NCBI RefSeq assembly: GCF_001194135.2
Contig: NC_068981.1
Location: 162,017,955-162,081,954 of the forward strand
Origin: Octopus bimaculoides
Taxonomy: Eukaryota
Direction: 5' to 3'
Length of the DNA: 64,000 nucleotides
The translations under genes and the position numbers were made by a program. The notes beneath the pieces were generated by a model. It was not told the DNA's origin and searched no databases. It worked only from the letters and a program-made list of their open reading frames with translations. Below are positions 63,390 through 64,000 of this stretch, in pieces. How positions within the stretch are numbered: the first letter of the stretch is position 1; each line of letters starts with the position of its first letter.

Positions 63390-64000
63390 ACTGGCAATTA
63401 TACAAAACACATACATAACTTATGCGCAGTTGATAATGTTTACAATGCTAGCACAATTTATTATTGAATTTAATCTTACTTATACATTGTCATGCACAAG
63501 AGCTAATAGGAACCATAACGGTATCCAGCTGTAAAACAATACCTATAGAAGAACGTAGAATGTCCCTAAATTTCTGGCATTCTATGTATTTATATTTTTG
63601 TCTGTCACTACTCCTACAATATGGTCTTGTGAAGTGGGGAATAAAAAAAAGCCGTACAAAATTGATGTAACAGTCATTTGAAGTGGGTAAACCACATACC
63701 ACTACAGGGATTGCTATATATATGTATATATATATATATATATATATAACAAAAGTAAATGAGTATATGCATATATACGTACAGGTATGTGCATACCGAC
63801 ATCCACCTGTATGTATAGGTGCATATCTGGGTACAGGACATTGCACACAAACGTAGACGAGAACACACGAGCCACATAGAGAACATTCTACTTCTTCAGC
63901 TACCCACGTTTTAACACCGGCGTTTCGACGAGCTTCGGGCAGGACGCAACGTTAAAACGGCTCGTCCCATGGATCGCAGATTAAATCTGTATACGCAAAT

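Overview
AT-rich, microsatellite-saturated eukaryotic DNA with about 12 N-gaps. The repeat families (tRNA-derived SINEs with internal microsatellites, RTE LINE 3' ends with (ATG)n tails) suggest an octopus draft assembly; this is an inference from repeat content. I could not identify a host protein-coding gene, only a few candidate short exons, which point to both strands, and two CpG-rich islands (~36.7 kb and ~63.9 kb). Almost all ORFs in the track are microsatellite or gap artefacts. The supported content is mobile-element debris: RTE LINEs, R4/Dong-like REL retrotransposons sitting in (TAA)n tracts, several Tc1/mariner remnants, piggyBac-type and hAT-type MITEs, at least four SINE families and Penelope-like elements (PLEs). 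The most striking signal is a set of at least five sequence-unrelated families of minimal type I hammerhead-ribozyme motifs (CUGAUGA...GAAA with a palindromic, loop-less stem III). They mostly lie in inverted-repeat arms. Two are linked to GIY-YIG PLE coding remnants (2.4-3.0 kb and 56.6-58.4 kb). One belongs to a tRNA-headed, SINE-like non-autonomous element (6.9-7.4 kb, second copy at 32.2 kb). All structures and alignments were read by eye, not computed.
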